The notes under the pieces were generated by a model. The model was not told where the DNA came from, searched no databases, and saw only the letters and a list, made by a program, of their open reading frames with translations. Position numbers and translations under genes: made by a program. Of a stretch of DNA of 56,158 bases, positions 46,501 to 54,187 are shown piece after piece (positions within the stretch are counted from its first letter, which is position 1; each line of letters starts with the position of its first letter). Where the stretch lies: NCBI GenBank assembly GCA_035763445.1, contig DASUBD010000190.1:1-56158 (forward strand), given 5' to 3'. This stretch comes from Candidatus Angelobacter sp. (GTDB lineage: Bacteria; Acidobacteriota; Terriglobia; Terriglobales; Acidobacteriaceae).

Positions 46501-48340
46501 CCGCGTCTCTGCCCACCAAAGTGTAGTATCCACTGCCAATCGGTTTGATAATCGCCGAAGACCCTATCGTCCTCTCGAGAGATGCTTCGCTCCCGTCGGA
46601 GAAGGTCGAACAGATCCGTTTGAGATCAATGCGTCGTACTGGGCCAGGCTGGTCACGCAACGCGACATATATTGCGGTCTCCGCTTCCGATAAGTCGGCA
46701 CCTGATTGGTCGGCAGCACACATCACAGTGCCGCCTTCAACTTTGAGGTAACCAGAGCAGCTGGAACATAAGCGCTCTAAAACAGGAGAAGGTAGATTAA
46801 TGTCGGAAGTACGAGAATCACGTAAAACAGCACTCCGTAGCTCTTCGACCGTAACTGTCTTGGCTACCGAGAAGACTTTTCTTATTCGGCTCATGATCGG
46901 GTTCCGCGGCACTTCCGCAGACCAGAACCACTCTCGGCTTTGATCCAACCATGTTAGCCCGCGGAGCAGAGGGAGGAACTTTTCGATGTAAGATCGTGAG
47001 TGCCCGCTTTTAGCGTCGGCGAGACCATCGGCAACGTATGTTACCGACGTGATCCCGTATTGGCTGATCCTTTTGCGTGCTTCGTTCAAAATCTTACTGA
47101 CCAAGCCTATCGATTGCGAATCAACGGCGATGCGAACGCCACCCTCCTCGATAATTGAGAATGACACGGGAAGTTCAAACATCTCTGCTATCTTTCGCAG
47201 GGACTCGAGTCTAAAGGGTCGCGAAGTCAAACCGCTGCTCAAAAGCTTACGCTCAAGTTCCTCCGCGTCGCAGGGGCTGTGCTTATTGACAAAGCAGAGC
47301 GCTAATCGAAGCGAACCAGGGGCTTTGGATCCCATTCGTTCACGAATTTTCTCCAGAATTTGCCGGACTCTTTCTCGTGTTAAGCCAAGCGGTCGACCGA
47401 TCTCTTCCAAAGTTTCTGTTGGCCTACCGTCAAGGCCGAAATATCTGATCGCAATTTCTCCGTTTCGTCCTTCGCGCACAACTCGACGGCAGAGCTCGAC
47501 ATCGAGACATTCCGGGGCGGCCTCCTCGGAAGATAGCAGGTCCGAGCGGAAAAGTGTTGCCAGTTCAGAAAGCCACTCTTTTTGCCACGGTGCGAGCTGA
47601 TCAGACAGTTCAATTCCGAGTTCTTTTAACTGGTTGCGGACGATGGCCACTTCCTCTGGTGATAGAGTATTCGCCAGGAATGCTTCGCCTCCTTGAAGCA
47701 ACTCTCCAACCACGCTAATGCCCCGGAAACGCAGAGAAAGTTTCCCGCAGCCAATTGTGTCTATTCCACGCAAGAGGTGGAGATTGACAGAGAGCAGCTG
47801 TTCTTTGCTGGATTGATATAGCGACTGAAGGCTGTATAGTTCAGCTTCGGTCATGCCCAGATGCAAATCCAAATTCGAAATTAGTTCTTGGATTTCCTGG
47901 AGTGTCTTGCTCCCAAGATTCTTCAGTCGGCGAATCTTGTCAGCCCTCAGCGAAACGAGTTCACCAATTGTGCTTATTTTCGCTTGCTGTAGACAATTAG
48001 CAGCGCGGACCGACATCGAAAACCGAGCAACAGGAGTGTCAAGCAATGAAGCGAAGGGCAGTTTTTGTGTGTTAGAGAGAACCGCACCGTCGATTGCTGC
48101 TACGAGGAACCCCGCATTTGCTCGGTGAAGCTCACATGCTAGAACACACGCAAACTCCCAATCGCAGCTGAGTCCGTGCAGATCAGAGAAAAGCGGGATC
48201 CCTTGTCCTACCAGAAATCGTAAAACATTGGGCACCGCCACCCGATTTGCTCGCAAAGAGGGATAGATAAATGCTCGCAAAGCCACGCGCGCTGAGTCAA
48301 TCATTGGACGGAGTGGTTCACGTTTGGATGCTGACTGCAA
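43583..48340 (-). CDS. 1585-aa protein: N-terminal RNA polymerase alpha-CTD-like HhH module(s) plus sigma-70 region-4-like HTH, followed by ~1200 aa of unknown function
   Basis: - Alpha-CTD-like segment: FSMSVRAANCLQQAKISTIGELVSLRADKIRRLKNLGSKTLQEIQELISNLDL matches the RpoA C-terminal domain pattern (LS-x-R-x-x-N-C-L...I-x-x-x-G-x-L...L-x-x-x-x-N-x-G-x-K-S/T-x-x-E-I).
- A weaker second copy: LSLRFRGISVVGELLQ...EEVAIVRNQLKELGIEL.
- Sigma-r4-like segment: IRYFGLDGRPTETLEEIGRPLGLTRERVRQILEKIRERM matches sigma-70 region 4.2.
- The start is uncertain: TTG at 48340 or ATG at 48304. Confidence 0.88.
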   Translation of the reverse strand: MQSASKREPLRPMIDSARVALRAFIYPSLRANRVAVPNVLRFLVGQGIPLFSDLHGLSCDWEFACVLACELHRANAGFLVAAIDGAVLSNTQKLPFASLLDTPVARFSMSVRAANCLQQAKISTIGELVSLRADKIRRLKNLGSKTLQEIQELISNLDLHLGMTEAELYSLQSLYQSSKEQLLSVNLHLLRGIDTIGCGKLSLRFRGISVVGELLQGGEAFLANTLSPEEVAIVRNQLKELGIELSDQLAPWQKEWLSELATLFRSDLLSSEEAAPECLDVELCRRVVREGRNGEIAIRYFGLDGRPTETLEEIGRPLGLTRERVRQILEKIRERMGSKAPGSLRLALCFVNKHSPCDAEELERKLLSSGLTSRPFRLESLRKIAEMFELPVSFSIIEEGGVRIAVDSQSIGLVSKILNEARKRISQYGITSVTYVADGLADAKSGHSRSYIEKFLPLLRGLTWLDQSREWFWSAEVPRNPIMSRIRKVFSVAKTVTVEELRSAVLRDSRTSDINLPSPVLERLCSSCSGYLKVEGGTVMCAADQSGADLSEAETAIYVALRDQPGPVRRIDLKRICSTFSDGSEASLERTIGSSAIIKPIGSGYYTLVGRDAAVPSESVNTPDAAQAAIASAIGANWGPEGKPTLFFDLSASSEFFVWSAAMRLLARAKSLGLLVDDSRWSMVELNWSADDLSVLHRWAKSASIEGQKSRTFQSRALTQREALAIVFLAYCFDVARRRATEGELWPQIYREIGEHLRSELFNGDRAVPKYWLQEATEDACRRFNLRHAFGREGAMAWLRTVYLQFGLTTSGLRRLPKWLSGAKLPVAINDLLDDPDLQAPEFRNVWAEVRQYRSGLQSTAELRKVLEGSTWFSWHDVDQLIAAASEKTESQPSQGLLGQEDEESDLFVIRLLWDSADPSVCIEASPNWPEEFSAPEYVVQFGEEYRARLIRSEQGRFILGEFRIPLLETQLSITLIEKGHCIASGYSLSIFNGEDELVFFDRSTGKRQDLWNVKPGRPVVLACRGDIQVFPKGIRMRRVAQNSWVLHDFPNGCPQNLKVELEGQLLWQPLEPAGSRRQSPSSIQIRLSGGRLGEYSTADVSMPPELTAIALIIGDQIVRRSASGFKVALAPLNYDRIKAGILATEGTGVHKLAARIVLLNDVWGAALRKKNSGWLVLNSNDMLDRQDFIGKKLFIRPPRSWHGIQVETEEWALLEGQRFCARSRRQGVAGLDSVLAGVGEPLRLTIGPYNSSGQGIDLALAISDSGLIANIDATEGGYCLTLSSALDFGPEHGVWIWQRGEHAPRNVDRRQISCVGRDLIVHTTQQALAFAVSFRGSCLGSRFVHSECIDELREVLTPESWEAVRPWMRWWRIPLLHPRLKDLAAKCIDKSQLPTLLSWVADSGFGDMSYTDESIGSSGWGAVIREFFWHWMPNELQASEILRATRLLTGSPESDLKDSWMGSSELALINPVLLAAIVVGGVKSMYSNVSDAERQLLLSMFANIIAGLPRESGTLDAVRTELFQRGVKELGADPAFVRRVLWNEAVDLYHGRNIRSTNLRVAIGVQPFRRWLVLELLEVLGKVK

Positions 48341-48462
48341 AGTCTAGCATAGTTTCCGCTCTTCCCTTCAACCCTTACCGCCAGATGCACAGCCGATTTC
48401 ATGAGTTGACGCCCTGCTGATTCATGAGTGCTTTCTAGCAAAACTAACGTGGAGACAACACA

Positions 48463-49539
48463 ATGATTTACAAACGAGGCCAGACGTACTGGTATAAATT
48501 CGCCTGGAGCATCAGGCAGCGAGACGGGACTTCGCGGTCGTTCTTGATACGCCGATCAGCGCGGACAAAGATCCAGGCCGAAGCTGAAGAAGTCGAACAT
48601 GAGCACCGTCGTGCCATCCGGTTGGGCGAAGTTCATCCGCTCGATCCCTGGCCCAAACCGCCGGCGCCTGAAGCGCCGATCCTAAGGGAGTTCACAACTC
48701 GCTTTCTCGAATACGCGAGATTGCATGTGAAGGAAAGCACTTTCGAGTTTTACAAAGGTGCTGTTGCCCGCTTACTGGCATTCCCCGAGCTCGCTAATAT
48801 ACAAATCTCCAAAATCAATCCAGAGATCGTTTCCCGCTTCGCCGGAAGCCGGAAGGCTAAGTCCGTAAGCGTAAGTGCAATCAATGGTGATCTACGGACA
48901 TTGCGCCGCTTGCTCAGGCTGGCTTTTGAATGGGAGATCATCCCGAGGGCACCTGTCGTGCATGCCCTCCCTGGAGAAAGAACCAGAAATCGGGTGATCG
49001 CATTCGAAGAAGAACAAGCATATCTGACGTGTTCGGGACCAAACCTGCGTGCGCTGACCATTCTTGCAGTTGATACAGGGATGCGCCCAAAATCGGAGTT
49101 GTTCAGGCTGGAGTGGCCTCAGGTCCACTTGGAACCGTCTGAAACGATGCCGAACGGACACATTAAAGTCAAAGAGGGAAAGACTCAGAGCGCGGAGAGA
49201 ATCCTCCCATTGACACCCCGGGGCGGGGAAACCCTACTTATATTAAGGATAGAGGTTCGCAGGAAGCGGTGGGTGTTTCCCGGACCCGGGAATTCAGGTC
49301 ACATCGTCAGCATTCAGAAGTCCCATCTCAGGGCAATCCTGAAAGCCGGCCTGGAGCGGTTCCCGTTCTACTGCTGGCGCCACACATTCGGTACGAGGTG
49401 CGCCGAGAGCGGAATGGATCGGCACACCCTCGCCAAATTGATGGGGCACAGCTCACCATGGATCACAGAGAAGTACTACATCCACGTGACCGAGCCGCAT
49501 ATCAGCTCCGGGTTCGGCCGTTTATGGCGTATCATATGA
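48463..49539 (+). CDS. tyrosine-type site-specific integrase
   Basis: The N-terminal arm-type MIYKRGQTYWYKFAW is present. Catalytic residues are in AVDTGMRPKSELFRLEW (Arg), CWRHTFGTRCAESG (H-x-x-R) and GHSSPWITEKYYIHV (His...Tyr). Confidence 0.92.
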   Translation: MIYKRGQTYWYKFAWSIRQRDGTSRSFLIRRSARTKIQAEAEEVEHEHRRAIRLGEVHPLDPWPKPPAPEAPILREFTTRFLEYARLHVKESTFEFYKGAVARLLAFPELANIQISKINPEIVSRFAGSRKAKSVSVSAINGDLRTLRRLLRLAFEWEIIPRAPVVHALPGERTRNRVIAFEEEQAYLTCSGPNLRALTILAVDTGMRPKSELFRLEWPQVHLEPSETMPNGHIKVKEGKTQSAERILPLTPRGGETLLILRIEVRRKRWVFPGPGNSGHIVSIQKSHLRAILKAGLERFPFYCWRHTFGTRCAESGMDRHTLAKLMGHSSPWITEKYYIHVTEPHISSGFGRLWRII

Positions 49540-49689
49540 AGCGTCTGAATCCATTCAGCCCTGAACTCTGGCCCAAGCACCTGGTTCGGGACCAGTCCGT
49601 CGGAGGTCCAAATCATGCCTACTGCTTCCCCGGCCTTGTTTACAGTCGATTCTGCGGAACGGGAAGCAACGAGAGAATCGGCTCAACCT

Positions 49690-50724
49690 TTATGACCGAG
49701 GCGGATAGGTCGTTGACGACGTTGCTTCTGCAGGAGGAGTACTGATTCGGCTTCTCTCGTCAGCGAGACGTTTCCACTCGTCAATATCGAATGTACCAAC
49801 GTGATTTGCCAAATCATCGTGATGCAAGCTTGCCTCAGTTACTGTAATCGTATGTAAAACGATACCGTTCTTGCCGACAACTCTTGGCCTCAGCGCGTCA
49901 AAAGCCCTCGGATCAGGAAAATCCCTGAAATTCCGATAGAAGATATGAGCGCAGATGTCCGCCACTTGGAGGCCAATCATTGACTTCGAATCGCGAAAGT
50001 TTGTGTGATTTCTAAATAAGTCATTGAAGTCGAACAAGCCTTTGTAGACTAGATATTTTCTTTTGAACGGATGATCAGGAGGCCATTCTTTGATCGTCGT
50101 CACTCCGCGCTGCCGACTGTTTTTCATTAGATCATTGCGCAGCCACTCGCGCCAGAACTCAACGTGCTCGTCTCTTCTGACGAAGCTCTCATCAATGGCG
50201 ATCTCAATATTTTCAAACTCGCTGGAGTGCTCCAGTTCTGCGAAACTGACAATCGCATGTTGTAGTGTTTCGATAATTGCTTGCTGAAGCGCGATAACCC
50301 AAAACACGTTAGATGTGCTTCGGTTTCTAACCCAGCCGCTCATCTGTCGATAGGTCTCTCTCAATTTGTTGTTCTCATGCTCGGCGCACAACTCAGAGGA
50401 CAACTGGAATAGCTCGGCAGCCTGATCGCGCAGCCGTTCGACAAATGATTCTTCGGTGGCTTGCGTGTCTCCGCCGACGAGCGTCAGGTGAATTTCTCGC
50501 CTAGTCGGAGGGAGCACCTTGTATGCGAAAGAGTACAGCTGGTTTGCCGTTAGATGTGGCCCCTTCAACTCCGCCTTGCTCTGTCCTACAACCGTGCGTT
50601 TCCAAGCCGCGAAACGCTTTTCCAATTCAGGCAATTCCTTATCGGAAACATTTAGTCCGCAAAAAAGAGACTTGCCTTTGTTCGTCCAAGAAAATGACCC
50701 GGATTCGTCGATAAAAATCCACAT
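49690..50724 (-). CDS. DUF3800-family protein
   Basis: The N-terminus MWIFIDESGSFSW is the hallmark F/Y-I-D-E-S-G start of DUF3800. The 344-aa size fits. Confidence 0.75.
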   Translation of the reverse strand: MWIFIDESGSFSWTNKGKSLFCGLNVSDKELPELEKRFAAWKRTVVGQSKAELKGPHLTANQLYSFAYKVLPPTRREIHLTLVGGDTQATEESFVERLRDQAAELFQLSSELCAEHENNKLRETYRQMSGWVRNRSTSNVFWVIALQQAIIETLQHAIVSFAELEHSSEFENIEIAIDESFVRRDEHVEFWREWLRNDLMKNSRQRGVTTIKEWPPDHPFKRKYLVYKGLFDFNDLFRNHTNFRDSKSMIGLQVADICAHIFYRNFRDFPDPRAFDALRPRVVGKNGIVLHTITVTEASLHHDDLANHVGTFDIDEWKRLADERSRISTPPAEATSSTTYPPRS

Positions 50725-50771
50725 AATCAGCGTCCATTCAGGATTCTTGGCTGCCCATTATTATTTCAACA

Positions 50772-50912
50772 CTACGTCCTCTCTCTTGGAGGTGGGGGCG
50801 GCAGCGGATGCGGAGGATCGATCTTGATGACACGATCCGTATCGCGTGTAGGTCTCTGGGGTTGGGGAGGTGGTGGTTGGGGTGGCTGCTGCGGTTTCCC
50901 TTTCTCGGCCAT
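50772..50912 (-). CDS. 46-aa proline-rich micro-ORF (speculative)
   Basis: My translation is MAEKGKPQQPPQPPPPQPQRPTRDTDRVIKIDPPHPLPPPPPREERT. Its ATG shares one nucleotide with the TGA of the upstream 2TM gene (tgatg at 50910-50914). The sequence is low-complexity, so coding status is doubtful. Confidence 0.25.
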   Translation of the reverse strand: MAEKGKPQQPPQPPPPQPQRPTRDTDRVIKIDPPHPLPPPPPRERT

Positions 50913-51385
50913 CAGTATCCTCTGTTTTTCATCATTTGTGTGAAAGCCTTTTCCCTAAGTTTATCAATGACGGGCAGGCCAGTCTCATCTGTTTTGGCTT
51001 GGAGCTTTGTAGCTTCTTCAAAACGTTTCCAAGTCTCCGGGCTTGCCAAATCGGAATCGAATTGCCACAAAAGGTCGTATTCAATCGCGATCTGCTTCCA
51101 GGATCCGACCAGCGAAGCAATCCTTTTCAAACGGTCATTAGTGATGCTGTGGAACCAAGTACCCACCGGAACGGCCATGGAAAGGATCGTCAGGATGACA
51201 GGAGAGTGCGCCCAAATTGTCCAAGCCGCAACAGCAGGGGATAATGCACTGACACCTTTCACGGCCATCTCAATCTTGGTCTCTCGCCGAGCGAGGAGAG
51301 TCCAATAGCAAACATTGAACTCCGCAACAAGCAGAGCTTTCCACAGTGTTGCGCGGTGTTCTGGAACCGCAACAGGAGAACTCAC
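50912..51385 (-). CDS. two-TM membrane protein with helical tail (possible membrane effector)
   Basis: The predicted TM helices are IEMAVKGVSALSPAVAAWTIW and SPVILTILSMAVPVGTWF, followed by an amphipathic helical C-terminus. The GTG start is preceded by AAGGAG. The layout is reminiscent of SLATT-type 2TM effectors, which is inference only. Confidence 0.65.
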   Translation of the reverse strand: MSSPVAVPEHRATLWKALLVAEFNVCYWTLLARRETKIEMAVKGVSALSPAVAAWTIWAHSPVILTILSMAVPVGTWFHSITNDRLKRIASLVGSWKQIAIEYDLLWQFDSDLASPETWKRFEEATKLQAKTDETGLPVIDKLREKAFTQMMKNRGY

Positions 51386-51411
51386 GTCAATCTAGCTCCT
51401 TGCGGCAATGA

Positions 51412-51885
51412 TTAGGCGGCACCAAAGAATGGGATCCCACGTGGCGTCCCTGCGTCGAGCGCAAGATGGGATATGTAGCCTGGAACAAGGCCATTCAGCA
51501 GGCCTGCCAGAAAGCTCCAGAACAGCTGGGCTAGCTGCTGTAAAAGGGTGAGCGGAACCACTGGCTTCATCGCCCCGGTAACTGGATCTTGCACCGTCTG
51601 GATTGCCCGATATTTGTTGGCCTGTTGGCGGCAGTAATCGGCCCACTGTGCCAGCACCTTATCAATACCGAGCACAACTCCCCCGGCACTTACGCTGTGA
51701 CACGTACCCCTATGCCACGAGGAGATGGCAGGCTCCAGAAAATCCGGCAGCATTGACGACAAGTATCCGCCGCATCCACCCCCAATCGTCTCCATCAAAC
51801 AATCAGGTGTTCCCCACGATTGGTATGCGACACGTGCCGCACCAGTAACTGTTCCAGCAATTTGATGTTTCTTGCGACCTGGCAT
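51412..51885 (-). CDS. DUF457/YdjM-like membrane-bound metal-dependent hydrolase homolog
   Basis: LSSMLPDFLEPAISSWHRGTCHS matches the PD-x-D/E...HRG-x-THS motif. The C-terminal GYISHLALDAGTPRGIPFFG matches the SH-x-x-x-D...G-x-P motif of DUF457. GGAGAAGGA SD lies upstream. Confidence 0.65.
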   Translation of the reverse strand: MPGRKKHQIAGTVTGAARVAYQSWGTPDCLMETIGGGCGGYLSSMLPDFLEPAISSWHRGTCHSVSAGGVVLGIDKVLAQWADYCRQQANKYRAIQTVQDPVTGAMKPVVPLTLLQQLAQLFWSFLAGLLNGLVPGYISHLALDAGTPRGIPFFGAA

Positions 51886-51988
51886 TTAATTTCCTTCTCC
51901 AAACTCATGCCGAGAGTAGAATCCTTAGACCTCGCTCCCAATAAGGTGAATGCCCGTGTACAACAGCCGGGAGCTGTGCCTGGCGATC

Positions 51989-52318
51989 TTACGCCGTGTA
52001 CTTTAGAACATCTTGGTTTGAAGCAGGAATCAGGCCTTGCCAGTGGCGGTTATCATCAGCTTTTGTGACGAACGTACCAGCCCTTTGCCATACCATTTTG
52101 ACAATACCCGATGCCTCATCGCGAACACCAGCGGTGGTCTTGGAAAGTTCCGCTGTGTAAGTCGCATTTGGCATGTGGTACCACTTATCCTCATCACTCT
52201 TGATCACCCGGTAGTAGCCGCTTTGCTGCATGGCGACGTGAAGTCGTTCGTAGTCGTCATAATCGGGCTTATTCCCGCTGTATTCGTGCAACTCCACCCT
52301 TACAGTGAATCGAGGCAT
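51989..52318 (-). CDS. small alpha/beta protein of unknown function
   Basis: MPRFTVRVELHEYSGNKPDYDDYERLHVAMQQSGYYRVIKSDEDKWYHMPNATYTAE has a beta-alpha-beta pattern reminiscent of ferredoxin-like (Cas2/VapD-like) small proteins; this is inference. A strong GGAGG lies 7 nt upstream of the ATG at 52318. Confidence 0.65.
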   Translation of the reverse strand: MPRFTVRVELHEYSGNKPDYDDYERLHVAMQQSGYYRVIKSDEDKWYHMPNATYTAELSKTTAGVRDEASGIVKMVWQRAGTFVTKADDNRHWQGLIPASNQDVLKYTA

Positions 52319-52353
52319 CTGTAGCCCTCCTGGTCTAAAAAATGAGAATCTCG

Positions 52354-53799
52354 TCAAACCCGACACGGAAGGCGGACAGCATCGCCTCGACCCTTCCGGC
52401 TTCTGCTTGTCGTACCGCAATCGAGGCAGAAAGGATCCGGCTTCGGTTCAACGAAACTGATTCGTCTCTCACGAGCAAAGTTCATGATGTGGCCCATCTC
52501 AGCGTTCGGCTCGAAAAGGCCAGTGAACATCATCATTAAATCTGTTGCGGCTTGAGCGGCTGATTGAACATTGAGTGTGATTACACTAGGTTCCGTGACT
52601 TGAGGATCATCCACGTAATTTTGGGCTCTCTGCTCTTCAGCGTTGTTTCCCTCCGAGTTGAGCCGCGAAGCAGGAATCGCGCCAGCACAATCGAGACACC
52701 CACCACCGAGGCCGGGTAGTACCAAGCGAGTTGCTGTGAAGATGTTCGCCACCTCACGCGTGTACTTGTCCGCTGTGACTTTCGCGCCGATCTGCACGCC
52801 AGGGATCACGTACTGGTGAACTAGAGCGTTGAAGACGAGGCGACTCCGAATTGAGTCCGTAGCCAGGAAAATGAAATCTGCATCGCGAACCAACATGGCC
52901 GTAGAGGAATCGAGGATATCGGCGACCAAAGCGTCGTATGTGATTGAAGGATTTGCCTTCTTAGCGACCCGTTTCGCTATATGAACTTTGTGAGCTGCCA
53001 GCCGCTTGCCGAGCCGTTGCAGCCAACCCCAGCGACTTCCGGTTAGCCAAGTTCTAGCATCCCATCGCGTTGCACCAACAACGCGTGGCAGATTGGTTAT
53101 GTCGATTCGATCGAAGTCAATGGCTACGATGTGACCGACACCTAATTTCGCAAGCCACTCATTCAACAACGAGCCACCACCGCCGAGTCCGATGATGACG
53201 ATTTTTAGTCCCCGGAGAATCTCTTGGCCTGCGTCACCGAAAAGGCGTGCATGGCGGTCATACACTCGCTTTGACCGACGCGGCATATCCTGCGGCGATG
53301 GGTACAAAAGACGCGTGTGCTTTCCAACGATCTTCATGTTCTTTAAAGGGAAAACTCCCTCAGTTGTCCAGATCTCTCCAGCTACGGCGGCCTTGGCGAA
53401 GACCAGTGCGCCGACCGGAATGCCGTTTGAGATTTGAAGCAGAGCCGGGTAGCCTCGCTTGTGAGAGGCAACGTCGTCAGGGGAGAAGCCGACAGAATCA
53501 AAGCCGCCGTGATTGTGGATGGCTAGATAACAGAGACCCTCGGTCGAACAAAAGTCCGATTTTTCAGCGACGAAGTTGGCAGTCAACGCCCGGTAGCCGC
53601 GAGTCCCTGGAATGTAATCGACTCCATCCTTCGCGAGGAACACCTCGCGAGCTAAAAGTCGAGTCCCATTCGGTGTCTGTGCGATGCCGGCAGCTATAAC
53701 GGCTCCATGCTCGTCAAAATCGCCGGGAAACAAATGCTGGTGCAGCCTGTTGAATAAGACCTCATCAATGGTGAGCGTGATCGGCAATTTAAGCTTCAT
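52354..53799 (-). CDS. fusion of JAB/JAMM-type isopeptidase domain (N-terminal) and ThiF/E1-like adenylating domain (C-terminal)
   Basis: - JAMM motifs: DEHGAVIAAG (Glu) and AIHNHGGFDSVGFSPDD (H-x-H...S...D).
- E1 Rossmann motif: KIVIIGLGGGGSLLNEWLAKLGVGHIVAIDFDRIDITNLPR.
- Two CxxC pairs, GGGCLDCAG and PFCLDCG, as in ThiF/MoeB zinc sites.
- The ATG at 53799 overlaps the E2-like stop as ATGA. Confidence 0.9.
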   Translation of the reverse strand: MKLKLPITLTIDEVLFNRLHQHLFPGDFDEHGAVIAAGIAQTPNGTRLLAREVFLAKDGVDYIPGTRGYRALTANFVAEKSDFCSTEGLCYLAIHNHGGFDSVGFSPDDVASHKRGYPALLQISNGIPVGALVFAKAAVAGEIWTTEGVFPLKNMKIVGKHTRLLYPSPQDMPRRSKRVYDRHARLFGDAGQEILRGLKIVIIGLGGGGSLLNEWLAKLGVGHIVAIDFDRIDITNLPRVVGATRWDARTWLTGSRWGWLQRLGKRLAAHKVHIAKRVAKKANPSITYDALVADILDSSTAMLVRDADFIFLATDSIRSRLVFNALVHQYVIPGVQIGAKVTADKYTREVANIFTATRLVLPGLGGGCLDCAGAIPASRLNSEGNNAEEQRAQNYVDDPQVTEPSVITLNVQSAAQAATDLMMMFTGLFEPNAEMGHIMNFARERRISFVEPKPDPFCLDCGTTSRSRKGRGDAVRLPCRV

Positions 53800-54173
53800 A
53801 ATTTTCGGAACCACTCCAGGACTTTCGCTAATTTGAGTGCTGCTGTATCGTGCGCTGCATTCCATTTGTTTGAACGACGCGAGAGCTGCAAGACCTGCTG
53901 GTTGCGCCATGTCACCTGCTGGACACCTTGTCGGGCTTGGCCATCTCGGCGACTGATCCCCCCAATGATGTAATGTGGGTATATGTCGGCTCTTGGATAG
54001 AGATAGCTAATCCGAAATCCGCAAGAGGCAACCGACGGCTGGTACTGCGAGCCGATCTCGATGTCAACCACAGTTACGTAGGCACCTCCCTCTCCATCTT
54101 CCTCAGCGATGACAGCGCTATTGGGGAACATGGCCTTAATTTCGTCAATCCCAGCTGAGACGTCTGGCGTCAT
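53796..54173 (-). CDS. prokaryotic E2/UBC-fold-like protein (Prok-E2_E-like)
   Basis: The 125-aa protein contains FRISYLYPRADIYPHYIIGG (a YP...P flap as in the UBC/RWD fold), followed by TWRNQQVLQLSRRSNKW and a C-terminal helix. It sits between the Ubl and E1 genes. GGAG SD lies upstream. Confidence 0.75.
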   Translation of the reverse strand: MTPDVSAGIDEIKAMFPNSAVIAEEDGEGGAYVTVVDIEIGSQYQPSVASCGFRISYLYPRADIYPHYIIGGISRRDGQARQGVQQVTWRNQQVLQLSRRSNKWNAAHDTAALKLAKVLEWFRKL

Positions 54174-54187
54174 ATCGCGGCTCCGAA

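Noticed and set aside
44115-47600. Multiple 60-183-aa plus-strand ORFs
   Set aside because: They are antisense to the continuous 1585-aa ORF and have no independent support.
50808-51308. 166-aa and 124-aa plus-strand ORFs
   Set aside because: They are antisense to the 2TM gene and the Pro-rich micro-ORF. They have no SD and no motif.
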